A DNA stretch of 41,418 nucleotides, taken from positions 930,001 to 971,418 of the forward strand of contig RSEE01000013.1 in assembly GCA_003971905.1 (NCBI GenBank), in the 5' to 3' direction. Shown here one piece after another: positions 24,851 through 36,873 of this stretch. The position numbers and the translations under genes are program-made. Every line of letters begins with the position of its first letter. Position 1 is the stretch's first letter. The notes under the pieces were generated by a model that saw only the letters and a list, made by a program, of their open reading frames with translations, did no database searches and was not told the origin of the DNA. Origin of the DNA: Moniliella sp. 'wahieum'. Lineage: Eukaryota.

Positions 24851-26883
24851 TTACGCTTTAAGCAGGGAGCGACTTGATCTTTGATGATCGAGTCGGGGTC
24901 GAGGCCTTGATGGGGGATCTGCTCCACAGTCCACCCGAGCCTCAATCGACGTACGAGTGGCCAAACTTGCCCGGGGCCAAGCCGCGCTCGAGCAACCACG
25001 AGCCAACCTTGGAGCCGAGCCCGGTCACCTTGTTGAACGATTCCACTACCAGCAGGAACTTGCCCCCACCCACACCTTGATCGCCTCCTCGTCCACTACA
25101 TTCAGCGTCGACTTGTAATCACACCCACCGTGATGCCTTCTTGCTTCAACTTGTCCACCGCATCCACCACGCGTACAGCATCTCCCCAAACGTCACCACC
25201 CATCCGTCGACTTGGCCCGGCGCACCACGAATGATATCATCCTTGCCCGGGACAAACTTGTAACCCTCGCCATAGAAGGGGTCCGATGTGCCCTCCTTGT
25301 ACACCCACGGCACCTTGGCCCGCGTCGAGAAAACAAACCGAAGCCCCGGGTCGTAGAGCACCTTCTCAATCACCGCCGTCATCTGCGTCGGGTCGGCAGG
25401 GAAGTAGAGACGAGTGGGCACGCCCGCGTCCGAGAGACCATTGTCGGCAAACAAATTGTTGATACCAAAGTGGCACGTATTGTCCGCCATCTCGTCCACG
25501 CCCGAGTGAGAAAAGTGCGAGAGAACGTTGGACTTGTTGAGACGGGCCATGGTGAGCTCCGAAATGATCATCTCCAAAAACGCAGAAAAGGTCGAAAAGA
25601 TACCCGTACGGTACTCGCCCGGGGGCAGGAAGGATCCAAAGCCAGCTGCCGCACTAAAGTTGCCCCGCTCACAAATGCCCGACGACCAAAACACTTCGGG
25701 GTGCTTCTGGTGAATCACCTTGAGCCCCGTCGATCCCTCCAGGTCCGAGTCAATGCACAGCACCTTCTTGGCATTCTCCTCCTTCGACGTCTTGTCCAGC
25801 ACCGCCGATACCGCCTCGCCAAACACGACCCGGTTCGCACCGCGTTCCTTCGAAGAGCCAATGTACGTGTACGGGTCCTTGCGCGGCTTGATGCCCTCCA
25901 AAATGGTCACCGCTTGGTCGTACCCTTCGCCCTTGAGGTACTCAATCGCCTTGGGCAACGGAATGACATCGTGACCGTGCGGGCTACCTTCAATGCCCTT
26001 GATGCCTGGCGCCATGGGCCGCTTGGTAATCACCGCCACGGGGCCCTTGGTGTTGACCGCCTGAAGAATGGCATCATACAAGCTGTCCAAGTCCTCGCCG
26101 TGTGCTCGCACAATCGTAAGTCCATGCCCGGCCAACGTCTTTCCCACATCGTACCCTTTAAAGTACTCCGACGGATGACCGGCAATCGTCACGTCATTGT
26201 CATCAATAAACAACTTGACATCCAGTCCCTTGGCCACCGCCAAGCGCGCCGCCTCCGCATCGTCCCCCTCTTGCTCCGACCCATCCGAGCCCAGCATAAT
26301 CGTAATCTTGTCCGAGTGCGCCGCCGCAACGCCATTCACCATCGACCACATGTGGCCCAACCGGCCCGAAGAAAACTTGACGCCGGGCGTCAGACCCAGC
26401 TCGGGGTGGCCCGGAAGTTTGCTGTCGGCTTCCCGATAGTACAGCAAGTGGTCTGCCGAAAAGGCACCCTCCAGAACCGAGAGCAGGTACTGCGTCGCGA
26501 CACGGTGCCCAGCCTCGTCAAAAAACGTCTGGTAAAACTTGTTGCCATCAGCACCGGCAAAGAGCGAGAGCAGAATGACCACCTCGGGCACCGTGTCGTA
26601 CGGTCCGCCCGTGTGGCCCGACACTGTACCCCCCACAACAAACAACCACACAGAGGTTAGAGCGACCTGGTTAGGGAGGAGGGGGGAGGGTAAGCAACGT
26701 ACCTCCGCGCGCAGCTCCCGAGGCGGTGAAAAAGACAATCGCATCGCGCAGCAGCTTGATGTTGGCAGCGAGACCCTTCTTGTGCTCCTCGGTGAGCTTG
26801 GTGTCCTTGAGCGACAAGGGTACGGGCTTGTACTGGTCGAGGGGGATGGGGAACTTGGTGATGTCGAACGCTTTGAGAGGCAT
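24851..26883 (-). CDS. Divergent transketolase-like thiamine-diphosphate enzyme
   Basis: Exon 1 MPLKAF..GAARG, intron 26624-26702, then VSGHTGG, DEAGHR, LPGHPE, FSSGRLG, the ThDP-motif variant GSDGSEQEG..IDDND, DSDLEGST, GICE and a C-terminal domain (..LVVESFN..GLGS..HQGLDPDSI). The 3' end has several indels. Confidence 0.88.
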
Positions 26884-28469
26884 GGTGGGCAGCGCACAAG
26901 TGTAGGTGGGGGCGAGGGAGGGGCTGCGTGCGCAGACGGTTGGGACGGGGGGGGTTAAGTAGCAGGCCAGGCAGACTGGCTGGCTGGGAGGGGACGGGTG
27001 CCGAGACGCTGACGCGCGGCTGTGGCCCGAGCGCAGCAGGGCGGGCAGTGGCGCCGAGCCGGGCGGAACAGCCGTCTGGCTGTGGCTCGGCGGCAGGCGT
27101 CAGGCCGTCAGGCCTCAGGGCGAGCTGGGGAGGGAGGGAGTACGCCGACTGAGTAAGTGGCCACCCGCACTTGCCAGCACACGGGCTGCAACACCACAAC
27201 CAAACGCAAGCAGCCATGACGTCATCCCCCTCCCCTCCCTCGGCCCCGTCCGCTGCTATCGACCATCGCTGCTCTGCTCCATGTGACGTACTCTCCCGGG
27301 GACCAGGGCGCTGCTCTGCTCCACTGCTTTCGCGTAAGCTGTGTGCCAGCTTCAGCGTCAGCTTCCGTGTCCGTATTATACGCCAGGTATAATTCAGTCG
27401 CTCAGCGCTTAGGCTCAGTACACTCACTACTTGCCTCTTGGATTACATCCGCGTGATTAGATGTGCGCCATCAGCAAGCACATCAGCCTTCAAGCCTTCA
27501 AGCCTCAGCGGCCTCGGCCTCAGGCTTCCTCAGCACCCCAGCCCTCCCGCCCTCAGCACTTGGCACCCATGCAAGCTCACGTGGCTCCTTCATCCTGGCC
27601 CCACTGTGCTTTGCCCCCTTGCCCAGGTTGCTTCTACACTCATCGCATAATCCATCCACTACCACCCCATCCACTCCCATCACTCTTACGTCGCCTCTCC
27701 CTAGCATCACCAGAACCACGCATCACTATTACGAATCATTCATCACAGTGCTCCCTGCCCTCAAACCGTATATACATCCCCTTTCCTCGTCCCCATTCCC
27801 ACCCCCCGGTTTGGCACCACTCTGCTGCATCCGCCGTCCCCGCTCCCCTCTCCAATCTCATCTTTTACAAACGTCGCTCGTTCGACCGTAGACGTGGAGT
27901 ATCCCACCTGCGCTTGAGCGCAGCCCATATACGCATGATACTTATACGGAGCAATAATAGTATGCCGAGAGAGGGCCAATGGAACAATCTGCATCGGGCC
28001 GATCTCCAGAGCAGACCCACACCCACGGTGAGGGGGGCAAGACCAGCATTCTCGACTTGGTTGGTATCAGCCCGAGACTCGTTTGGCGGTTGGGCGCGCA
28101 GCAATCGGACGGCACTGCGAGTAGGGTGGCGAGATCGACGGGCAGCCGAAGATGGAGACCAGCAGACACATAGCAGGCACATTTGCCAGTTGAAATCGAA
28201 ATTGCAACCCAACGCGGCGTTCTCGACGTCCTCGACGTTTTTGACTTACTTACTCGACGGACTCGACGTACACGGCATGGAAGGATTGAACGTTCAAGCT
28301 CCATGCTCACGTGTCACGCTGAAATAATGATAGCAGCCGCGGCGGAAGCGGCCCCGACGCGAGCGGCGACCACAACGAAGCGCACAGGGCGGTGCTGATG
28401 GATGGCCTGCGATGGCGCCTTGCACCGCCCCCTCCCCCTCCTCCGCGCCTTCCACCACCACCTGGCACC

Positions 28470-29804
28470 ATGGGCAGCTCCCATCTCGACCAGTGGATCT
28501 CGCAGCTATGCGAGTGCAAGTATCTCTCGGAACCGGATATGGAGTCGCTTTGTGCGCGCGTCAAGGCCATCCTGATGGAAGAAGCCAACATCCAGCCCGT
28601 CTCGAGCCCCGTGACTGTCTGTGGCGACATTCATGGCCAATTGTGGGACTTGCTGGAACTGCTGCGCGTCGGAGGCCCGCCACCAGGCACGTCCTACATC
28701 TTCATGGGCGACTTTGTTGATCGCGGCTACTTTTCCCTGGAGACCTTCTCGTTGCTCATGGCGCTCAAGGCACGGTGGCCCGACCGGGTAACGCTCTTAC
28801 GGGGCAACCACGAGTCGCGCCAGATCACACAGGTGTACGGGTTTTACGATGAGTGCCAGCACAAGTATGGGAATGCGAACGTGTGGAAACTGTGTTGCCA
28901 AGTGTTTGACTACCTCAGCTTGGCGGCCATCATTGATGGTCGGATCCTGTGTGTGCACGGCGGTCTCAGCCCCGAAGTGCGCATGCTGGACCAGATTCGT
29001 ACCCTCTCCCGTGCCCAGGAAATCCCGCACGAAGGCGCCTTTTGTGATTTGATGTGGTCCGACCCGGAGGAGATGGACACGTGGGCCATGTCCCCCCGCG
29101 GTGCAGGATGGCTGTTTGGCAATACGGTTACCACCGAGTTCAACCATCTCAACAACCTCGACTTGATCGCCCGCGCACACAATTGGTGCAGGAAGGCTTG
29201 TACGTCCCTCCCCCCCCCCGCGCGCGCTGTGTGGAGATGAGACTCAAGGCTGACCGCTTGGAACCGGCTTAGCAAACTCATGCACGACAATCAGATTGTG
29301 ACTGTTTGGTCCGCACCCAATTACTGCTACCGGTGCGGCAATGTGGCCTCGATCTTTGAGGTGCCCGACTTGCTCAACTTGCCTGCTGACAATACAGGCC
29401 CGCAAGCCGACGATGACACGTTGAACGTGGGCAGTAGCAGGGTAGGCCACTCGGCCTCGCATGCTGCGTCGCTTTCGGAACCGGGGACCGAATCGGACAG
29501 CTTGTCGACCGACGCTCTCGCTCGCTCTTTTCTCTCTCTCCTCCTCCCCTACCTCTCTAGATTCCTCGCACCCATCTACGCCCACTAACCCTGCTTCCCC
29601 CCCCTCGCCGACACGCGGCACAAGTCCCCCTCGGCCCATCTTGGTTTCCCACCCCCATCTGCGTCCGCCGCGTCGGCGCCTGCATCCGGATCCGGATCCG
29701 GATCCGCGTCCCTCATTGGCCCAGGGCATTTTAAGATCTCTCTGCTGTGCCCGACACGGAACGGACCACGCCCAGTCGAATGGCCATCGCAGTACTTTCT
29801 CTGA
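28470..29804 (+). CDS. SIT4: PP6/Sit4-type Ser/Thr phosphatase catalytic subunit
   Basis: [51 protein letters not shown] (W as in PP6/Sit4), [13 protein letters not shown] and a stitched C-terminus FKI..SAVPD..QYFL* (stop 29802-29804). Intron 29200-29272. Confidence 0.92.
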
Positions 29805-32800
29805 CCTTGGGCACGACACTCGACACTCGCATGCATCATGGCCATCCACCCTGGCCCGTTCAATGGACCACCATATCTTCACCTTGCCTGGCCTGGCCTG
29901 GCCTTGCTTGGGGCAGTGGTCGGCGCGCCTTGTCAAACTGGAAGCTAGAGGTGTGGTAGGGCTTGAAGTATGACCGATCACCGTCAAAACGGTTAAGGGT
30001 CGTGTGGTCGGAGGGTTTTGGTGCTGGGTCGACTAGGTGACTGTTAGACTGGAGCCGCGGCCGCATTAGGGGGCCTGGGGAAGGGTTCGATCCGACTGTT
30101 GCATGTTACACCCATAGGATATCCAGGTCATTAATCATTGGCCCTGTCGACTACAAAAAGGCGTGGCTCAGAAGCGGCGGGATGAGCCCCCACTTGCCTT
30201 AGTTGCTCCGAGAAGTGTCGATGTCTTGAAGGAGCACCATCCTTTTCTTTCAGAAGCAGTTCCAGTTGCTTCAATGTGATGAGATGATTTCGCGATGCCG
30301 CAATACCAATGCATAATGCATTACCCTTTGGCCCCCTTCTCCCACCATACAAGACCGTCGGGTGGTAAGCGGGAGAGCGACATACTCTGAGTAGCTTGCG
30401 AGTGTGCCCACCTCAAATCCCGGATGCGTTTTCCTGTTTTCCTCCCACGTGCGGTCTCACAGTGCATGTTCTTTCAGTAGACCCCGACAAGCTCGCGCTC
30501 AGATTGGTTGCCACCGCAACGCGGTCTTCGGTATTGCTCCTTTGGCTGCCATTGCAAGTGTGACAACATGTAGGCAACAGTATGGGACCCCCTCCGTTGA
30601 CGCCCAGTTTACGTACAGGACTCTCCTTATGTGAGGGAGCTCCAGAACCTAAGACAAGCGCACAATCTTTCTCGGGCGCATACGTTCTCGCAATGCATTG
30701 GCCATGGAGGAAAACAACGATCCACCACGAGGGGAGTAACTCCACTGAGGTGGACTACGGGGTGTGGGTTGAGTCCAGGCGGGTTGGATGAATGTTTATT
30801 GATGACGGATGGAGAGGGACCAAATAGTTTTGGGTGGGAATACTCCCCACAACTAAGGAGACGATCAGGAAGCTCCTTCTCTTTGTAACTCGCTGACACA
30901 CCACTAGACGTGTTGCCGTGAGATGAGCGCATGTGGAATCACGCAAAAAAACATGAGCTGCTAGTATGTGTCGTCCCTGACTAATTCTGAGAGAAGAATA
31001 TGCCAATGTGGAAGGGGCACACTCGAGCAAGTTCCGTTCTTCCCTTGATATCCACATGCGAATCAGGGTGGGACGAGAGAGGCATGTCACCCAGTCTATA
31101 GTATGGATACTTTGGACTCCGGGAAAACGAATTACGATGATGGGTGGGGTGTGTTTTCTCTCTCTCAAAGCCATCTCATACACGCATAAGCTTAGGATGG
31201 AAAAGGCGATCGCTCCTTTCATTGGGGTGCATGCGCCTTTTTTTCCCTCACATCTTATCCCACAGTGACTGTACCAGCCTCGGGCCACCCCTCTCCCCGG
31301 CTTCTCTCGCCCAAGATGAGCAAAAGGAGAGCATATGTGCTCGCATTCATATACTGGGTCCTTCAACCCCACTGCAGTATTTAGTAGGGGTCCATACCCT
31401 GGCATCGTAGCTCGATATCTGAAGTATAGATCTTGGAATGGATAAGGTGGCTTTGTTGGCCCAGCTTGCCTCGTTCTGAAAATTAAGTGTCACTGGGCGC
31501 ACATCCGTCCGTCTGATGGAAAATACGGATGGCCAGGGTTGAAGGACATCTGGCACCTACCCGCCCTCTTGGGACTATCGCTACAATTCCCACGAATCGC
31601 CTGGCACACGACCAATATATACTTTGTTTTCCCCGTTCACACAGCACTTGGGGGAAAAGAACCTTCCTCTCTCGCTCCAGAGCCTTATTCATACATGAGA
31701 TGCCTGCCTTTGCGTCACAAGCGACTCCCCCTCTTGAAAGAGCAGCGTCTCTTTTCCAGCTCGCAACTTTTCTTATCCTTCCTCGGGGGGCGGTTGACAA
31801 ATAACCTGGTGCCTGTGTGTATAAGGTCATCTATTTGCACCGTGGAGTATCCTCGGTATGAAGGGGGGGGGGGTCTGTGACCATTCTCCCCCACCGGTTC
31901 GTTTTGCCTGCGGCGCACTTGCCGCTCTGCCTTGACCGAGATAAGCGACTGGGTTGCGCACACGCCGTACCGACTGGTTACAGACTTTTGCCCTACGGTT
32001 CATCGCCCACGTTTTCCTAGGGTTTTGTCGTCAGGAAGGTTGCCTCCTCAGCTTGATTAGATGCATATGAGATCTCTGTTTGACGCCATCCTGTTGCACC
32101 GTGGCTGTTGTGAGTGGCACTGCCCCAGTTAGGTAGATGTTGGTTTTAGGCTTAGCCTGCGTCGCGCGCTCTATCCGTGGCGCCTCCGCTTGGAGTTCTC
32201 AGTGTAAGCCGCACGTGTAGTAGAAACTGCTGGCGCATTCCTCTGTTCTTCCTTACTACCGCCACCTCTTCGCTCAACTCGTTACCTCGTTCTCCTCGCT
32301 CATTTACTTCTGGTAGCTCAGACCGCGCCGTCTGCCTGCCGTACGTCGCTACAATCCCCTCTTCTTCGCCTCATGTGATCGTCCCCAACTGATCACGATC
32401 TCGGCACATTTCACTCTCTGCAGCAGTGCTGCTTCCCCGTTCGTATCTCGTCTTAATCGCACACAGGAAGAAAGACCGGATGTTGTGGTGCCCCCCCCCC
32501 CTTCGCACATTATATGTTTGGCCGACCCGCGGGTCCTATAACGTCATCACAGGAACAGACATATTATGGGTACTGTAAGTAGGCCCGGCCAACTTGCCTA
32601 CGACCGTCCCTGTTGCCCGTGTACCAGCTGTGACCTTTTTCGCTTCCACCGAGTTCCGCTGGTGCTTGGATTTGTCCCTGCCGCTCTCGCGGTGGAGGCG
32701 ATGGCGTGACATGGCCGGCCTGAAGGTTTGGCCAAGTACTAAATGGGGTGGGGCGTGAAAGTTGAAGACGCTGACGCCAGTAGCCTCCAGCGGGTGGCCA

Positions 32801-33527
32801 GACAGGTGCCCTCGCGAACTCGCTTCGCTTCGCTGGGTTCGGTGCAAACGCGGTGGGCTAGGGAGTGGTTGTTCTTCTCGCCCAGAGGTTGGTTGTGCAA
32901 GGCAGATCAGATCAATAGTCAGTCTCTGCGCCCCTTCCCCCTGGCATCAATGTCTCAATCTCCAACGTGTTCACCGTTGTTCAACGTCCAACCGCTGCGC
33001 GCACTCACGGCAAGAGAGAGGCCAATGCTGTTGACCAAGTTGGCCAGCTGCTTCCTGGTGCGTCTGCTGGGCCGAGCGGAGGATAGAGGCGGCATGATAC
33101 ATGCGTCTTTTGCCAGCTGTCTCTACTACGGCGGGGGGCACGGAATATGAGGGTGTTTGGAAGGCGGCCGTGAAACGCGGGCGGCGTCACGTCAGGGGGC
33201 AGCCCCGCGTGAGCATGGCGCGTGGCCAACGAACAGGGGCGAGGATGTGAGACGAGGCCTGGCCGGCAGCGGACATGCGCCAGGAGGGATGGGATGGGGG
33301 ATGGGATGCGGGTGGCGTGATGGGGCGGTGATGTGCCGTGGAGAGGGGATGCTCGATCCGGTGCAACCGAGCAGAGCCGAGCGAGCCGCGGGGGCGGGCA
33401 GGCGGGCAGAGCGCCACAGTGCGGATGCTCCGGAGGCGGCAGGCGACACTGGGCTGGTGCGGGCGCCGACACAGTGGCGCGCAGCCCGCGGCAAGCCATC
33501 GGCGCTGCGGGCTGGGCGCAGGCGAGA

Positions 33528-33591
33528 GCTGGCTGGTGCTGGCTTCTGGCTGGTGCTGGCTGGTGCTGGCTGGTGCTGGCTGGTGCTGGCT
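33528..33591 (+). repeat. GCTGGTGCTG decamer tandem repeat upstream of BEM1
   Basis: About 6 units read directly, one degenerate. Confidence 0.9.
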
Positions 33592-33730
33592 CGTGCCGCC
33601 GCCGGCTGCTCCCCCGTGTGCGGCGCTGTGCTGGCCGGCTGACGCGTGCGGTGCGCCGCGCCGACTTGGATTTTTCTGCGCCCAGCCGCTCGCCAGCCGG
33701 CCTCCGCTCACCACCACCACCCCTCCCCCC

Positions 33731-36451
33731 ATGCGTGGCCTCCGCGACCTCCGCCGCTCCCTCACACGCGCGAGCGCGAGCGCGCCGCACAGGAGCTCGC
33801 CCGCTCCCCCTCCAGCACCACCTCCTCTTCCCGCGACCACCACCGCTCCATCCACGGCGCCTTCAGCCTCGGCCGCAGCAGCAGCGCCGTCGGCAGCCCT
33901 CCGCTCGCCGTCTCCCCCCCCTCTCCACCGCCCCCGCCCACTCCGCCGTCAACGCACGCGACCCCCCCCAGCTCATCATCCAGGCCGTCACCTCCAGCGG
34001 CGCGGCGCCCCTCCCCGCCGGCTGCCTGTCCTACAATGTCGGCGACTTTTTCCACGTCCAGCATGAACCCCCTCCCACTGCCGACTGGTTCGACGCCGTC
34101 GACCCCATCCACGGCCCGCCGGCAGGGTACCCCAATCCGACTTTACTGTCCTCACCCGCACCACCCACCAGCCCATCACGCCTTCCTTCCCCCTGTCCCC
34201 CGGCGGAGCAACGACTACCTCGCGCTCCTCCACCAGCATGTCCCACCTCTCCCCGGGCCACCACCCCGCCCATCACCCTCCTGGCTCCCATCCCGCCACC
34301 CGAGGCATGCTCGCCCGCGTCCGATACGACTTTACTGCAGAACGGAACGATGAGATGAGCGCAGCAGAAGGGACAGAGGTCATGATCTTGGCCCACTCCA
34401 CCAAGGAGTGGTACGTTGCTCGCCCCTTGCCCGTGCTGACTACCGAGCGGAGCAAGGCCGACTGGGACAACCCACTGCGGCCCAGTTGGCCAATGCAGGC
34501 AAAATCGGCCTGCTGCCCGCAGCGTACGTTTCGCTGTGCGATCCTACCTCGGGTCGTATCCTGGCCGACCACGAGGCGGAGGCACTCGTCTTTACTGGCG
34601 TCATCCCGCCCGTCGAGGAGTGGAAGCGTCGCGTCAGTGCATTTACCTATGCCAGCCAACAGGCCCAGGCACGCCAAGCTCAGGACAAAACTCAGCAGCA
34701 CACGCACGACCACGCTCTGCCCCCCCCCTTCGCATCAAATGCACGCCCCATCCTACCCTACTTCCGTCCATGCTCACCCCCCCCGTTCACACCCCATCCT
34801 CCCCGCCAGTCCAATCCCATCCTCTCACCTCGACCGATCCAGAAGGAAAACCCTCTCCTTCCCCGGTGCCTTCTGCTGTGGGCGCGGCCGATGCTTTGAT
34901 CGAAGGGGCTGACCCTGCGGAGTTGCTTCGCGCCGGCTACCTTCCTCCTGGCGGCAGTCCCCTCCCGACCGGTATGGTCACCTCGGCTCGGGTGGAAGGG
35001 GTGCACTTTGAGCAGGGCGACTATTGGTTCCGCGTGCGGGCCACACACTTATCTTGGCCTCCTCCCCCCGCTCCTGGTCCCTCCCGAGGCTTGCGTTTGG
35101 CCCATGGTGGACGTGTGCCCGCCCGGCCACCGGTCCCGGATGACGAATTTAATGAGGAGGAGGAGGAGGACGATTTGGAAAGGATTGATGATCTCACGCC
35201 TCCTCGAGACGAGGACCCGCCACTTCCCCAGCCCCCGGACGAACTGCCCAAGGCCCAGCCGGGGCAGGTGCATGATCTGATTCTCTACCGCTTGTACGAG
35301 GACTTTTACGAGTTCCACATTGCCCTGTTAGACTATTTCCCGCAAGAAGCTGCCTTGGGCCAAGCTGAGGCCCACCGCCTTGCCGTTGCTGATGAGGCAG
35401 GGGTCCGGGCCAGCACAGGGTCCAACGTGTCCGCATCTGGGTACAATGCCTTGCTACCTCAGGTTGACTCGCAGGGCCGAGCGTTCCTTCCGCTTATGCC
35501 GGGTCCGGTCCCCCCAGCTGCTCAGCAAGAGGAGCCGTCCCCGCCTGGAATCATCGATGCGGCGTGGGAGCAGCAAGCGGCCGACTTGAACCTGTACACT
35601 TCCCAGTTGACTGCCTTGCCGCTCTACATTTGCACGCTCTGAGCTGGTTCGACTCTTCTTTGAGCCCAGGCCCGGGGACGGATGCGTCTTGGTCAATTCC
35701 CCGCCTGATCCGCTTGCCCGCAGGCAGGCTGGCACACCATTGTATTCCTTCACACCGCTTCTTCGGCCAGCGCAGAGGGGCCCGAGGCTGAGCACTTGGC
35801 CCGCCAGCTGTCCAACACCCACCTCGGTCCCGGCTCGGCCGTCAGATTGTCTGGCTCCAGCGGACAGCTCGACCCTGCCGCCCTGGGGGGGTTGGGCATG
35901 AGCCGAAACTGTTCTACCTCCTCGGGTGCTTCCACCTCCTGGCTGCCGATGCCCACCACCTCGGGCGCCGGGGCAACGAGGTATCCCTCCCTGGCAATCG
36001 AGGATCTCACACGACATCTACCTCCAAGTCTGCTTCCACCAAGTCGTGGGGCTCTACGGGTCGGGATCCATCCCGTTCAAGACGCCTCCCATGGCACGCG
36101 GGCCCACCGCACCTCCTCCTACGGCACAGCCGCGTCTCACACGCTGCAGCCACCTCCAACGTGGCGGGGGAAGCATTGAAAGTCAAAGTACTGCATTTGG
36201 GCACGGGCGATGTGGTGGCGCTGCGGGTACCAAGGGGTCCACGCTGGACCAATTGGCTCAACGTGTGCGCGACCGCTTCCCCCCCTCGTCCCACGACGGG
36301 GGTCCGCTGCAGCTGCGCTATAACCCGCACAACCCGTCTGCCCCGCGGCCGCGCCGACCAAGCCGAGTTGCTCTCGCTCGATTCGGACGAGGCTTTGGCC
36401 AGCTGGGCCGAAGGAAGGACCAAGTTGACCCTCTTTGTAGGCCAGCAGTGA
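33731..36451 (+). CDS. BEM1: Polarity scaffold Bem1/Scd2 (SH3-SH3-PX-PB1)
   Basis: SH3a LSYNVGDFFHV..WFDAVDP; SH3b VRYDFTAERNDEMS..AHSTKEWYVARP..GLLPAAYV..IPPVEEWK; PX YWFRV..LYRLYEDFYEFHIALLDYFPQEA..LPLMPGP; PB1 LKVKV..VALRVP..LDSDEAL..KLTLFV. Stitched across multiple frameshifts. Confidence 0.92.
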
Positions 36452-36761
36452 GCACGATGGAGCACCATTTCCTTTCCCCCTCGTTCTGCCCGACTTGCCC
36501 GACCTACCCTATCTTCCTCCCCTCCCCCTCCCCCTCTGCCCTTCCTTTTGTTATCGTGCGCCTATCCACTCACTACCTCTGCCTCCATCTACCATCTACC
36601 CCCGCACCTGGGCCATTCGGTGCGTTGCAAATGCGCCCTCTCTCCGCATGTCACATGTCTGCCTCCTCTCTGTCCTCCTCCCACCGCGCCGTATCTGCCC
36701 AGGCCGGCGGAGGGGAACGCAAGCGAAGCGAAGCGAACGCAACGGAAGGAACACCTTGGTG

Positions 36762-36873
36762 TGACCTGTGATGCATGTGATGCATGTGAGCTGTGAGCTG
36801 TGAGCTGTGAGCTGTGAGCTGTGAGCTGTGAGCTGTGAGCTGTGAGCTGTGAGCTGTGAGCTGTGAGCTGTGA
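36762..36873 (+). repeat. Compound TGA-phased tandem repeat
   Basis: TGACCTG, (TGATGCATG)x2, (TGAGCTG)x12, TGA. Confidence 0.95.

Noticed and set aside
25212..26660. Long antisense ORFs (482 aa here, and others over LEU1, SSE1 and CDC5)
   Set aside because: Shadow ORFs expected opposite GC3-rich coding sequence.
30060..30100. GGTTCGATCC resembling a tRNA T-loop / B-box
   Set aside because: No T-stem, acceptor stem or D-arm can be formed around it.
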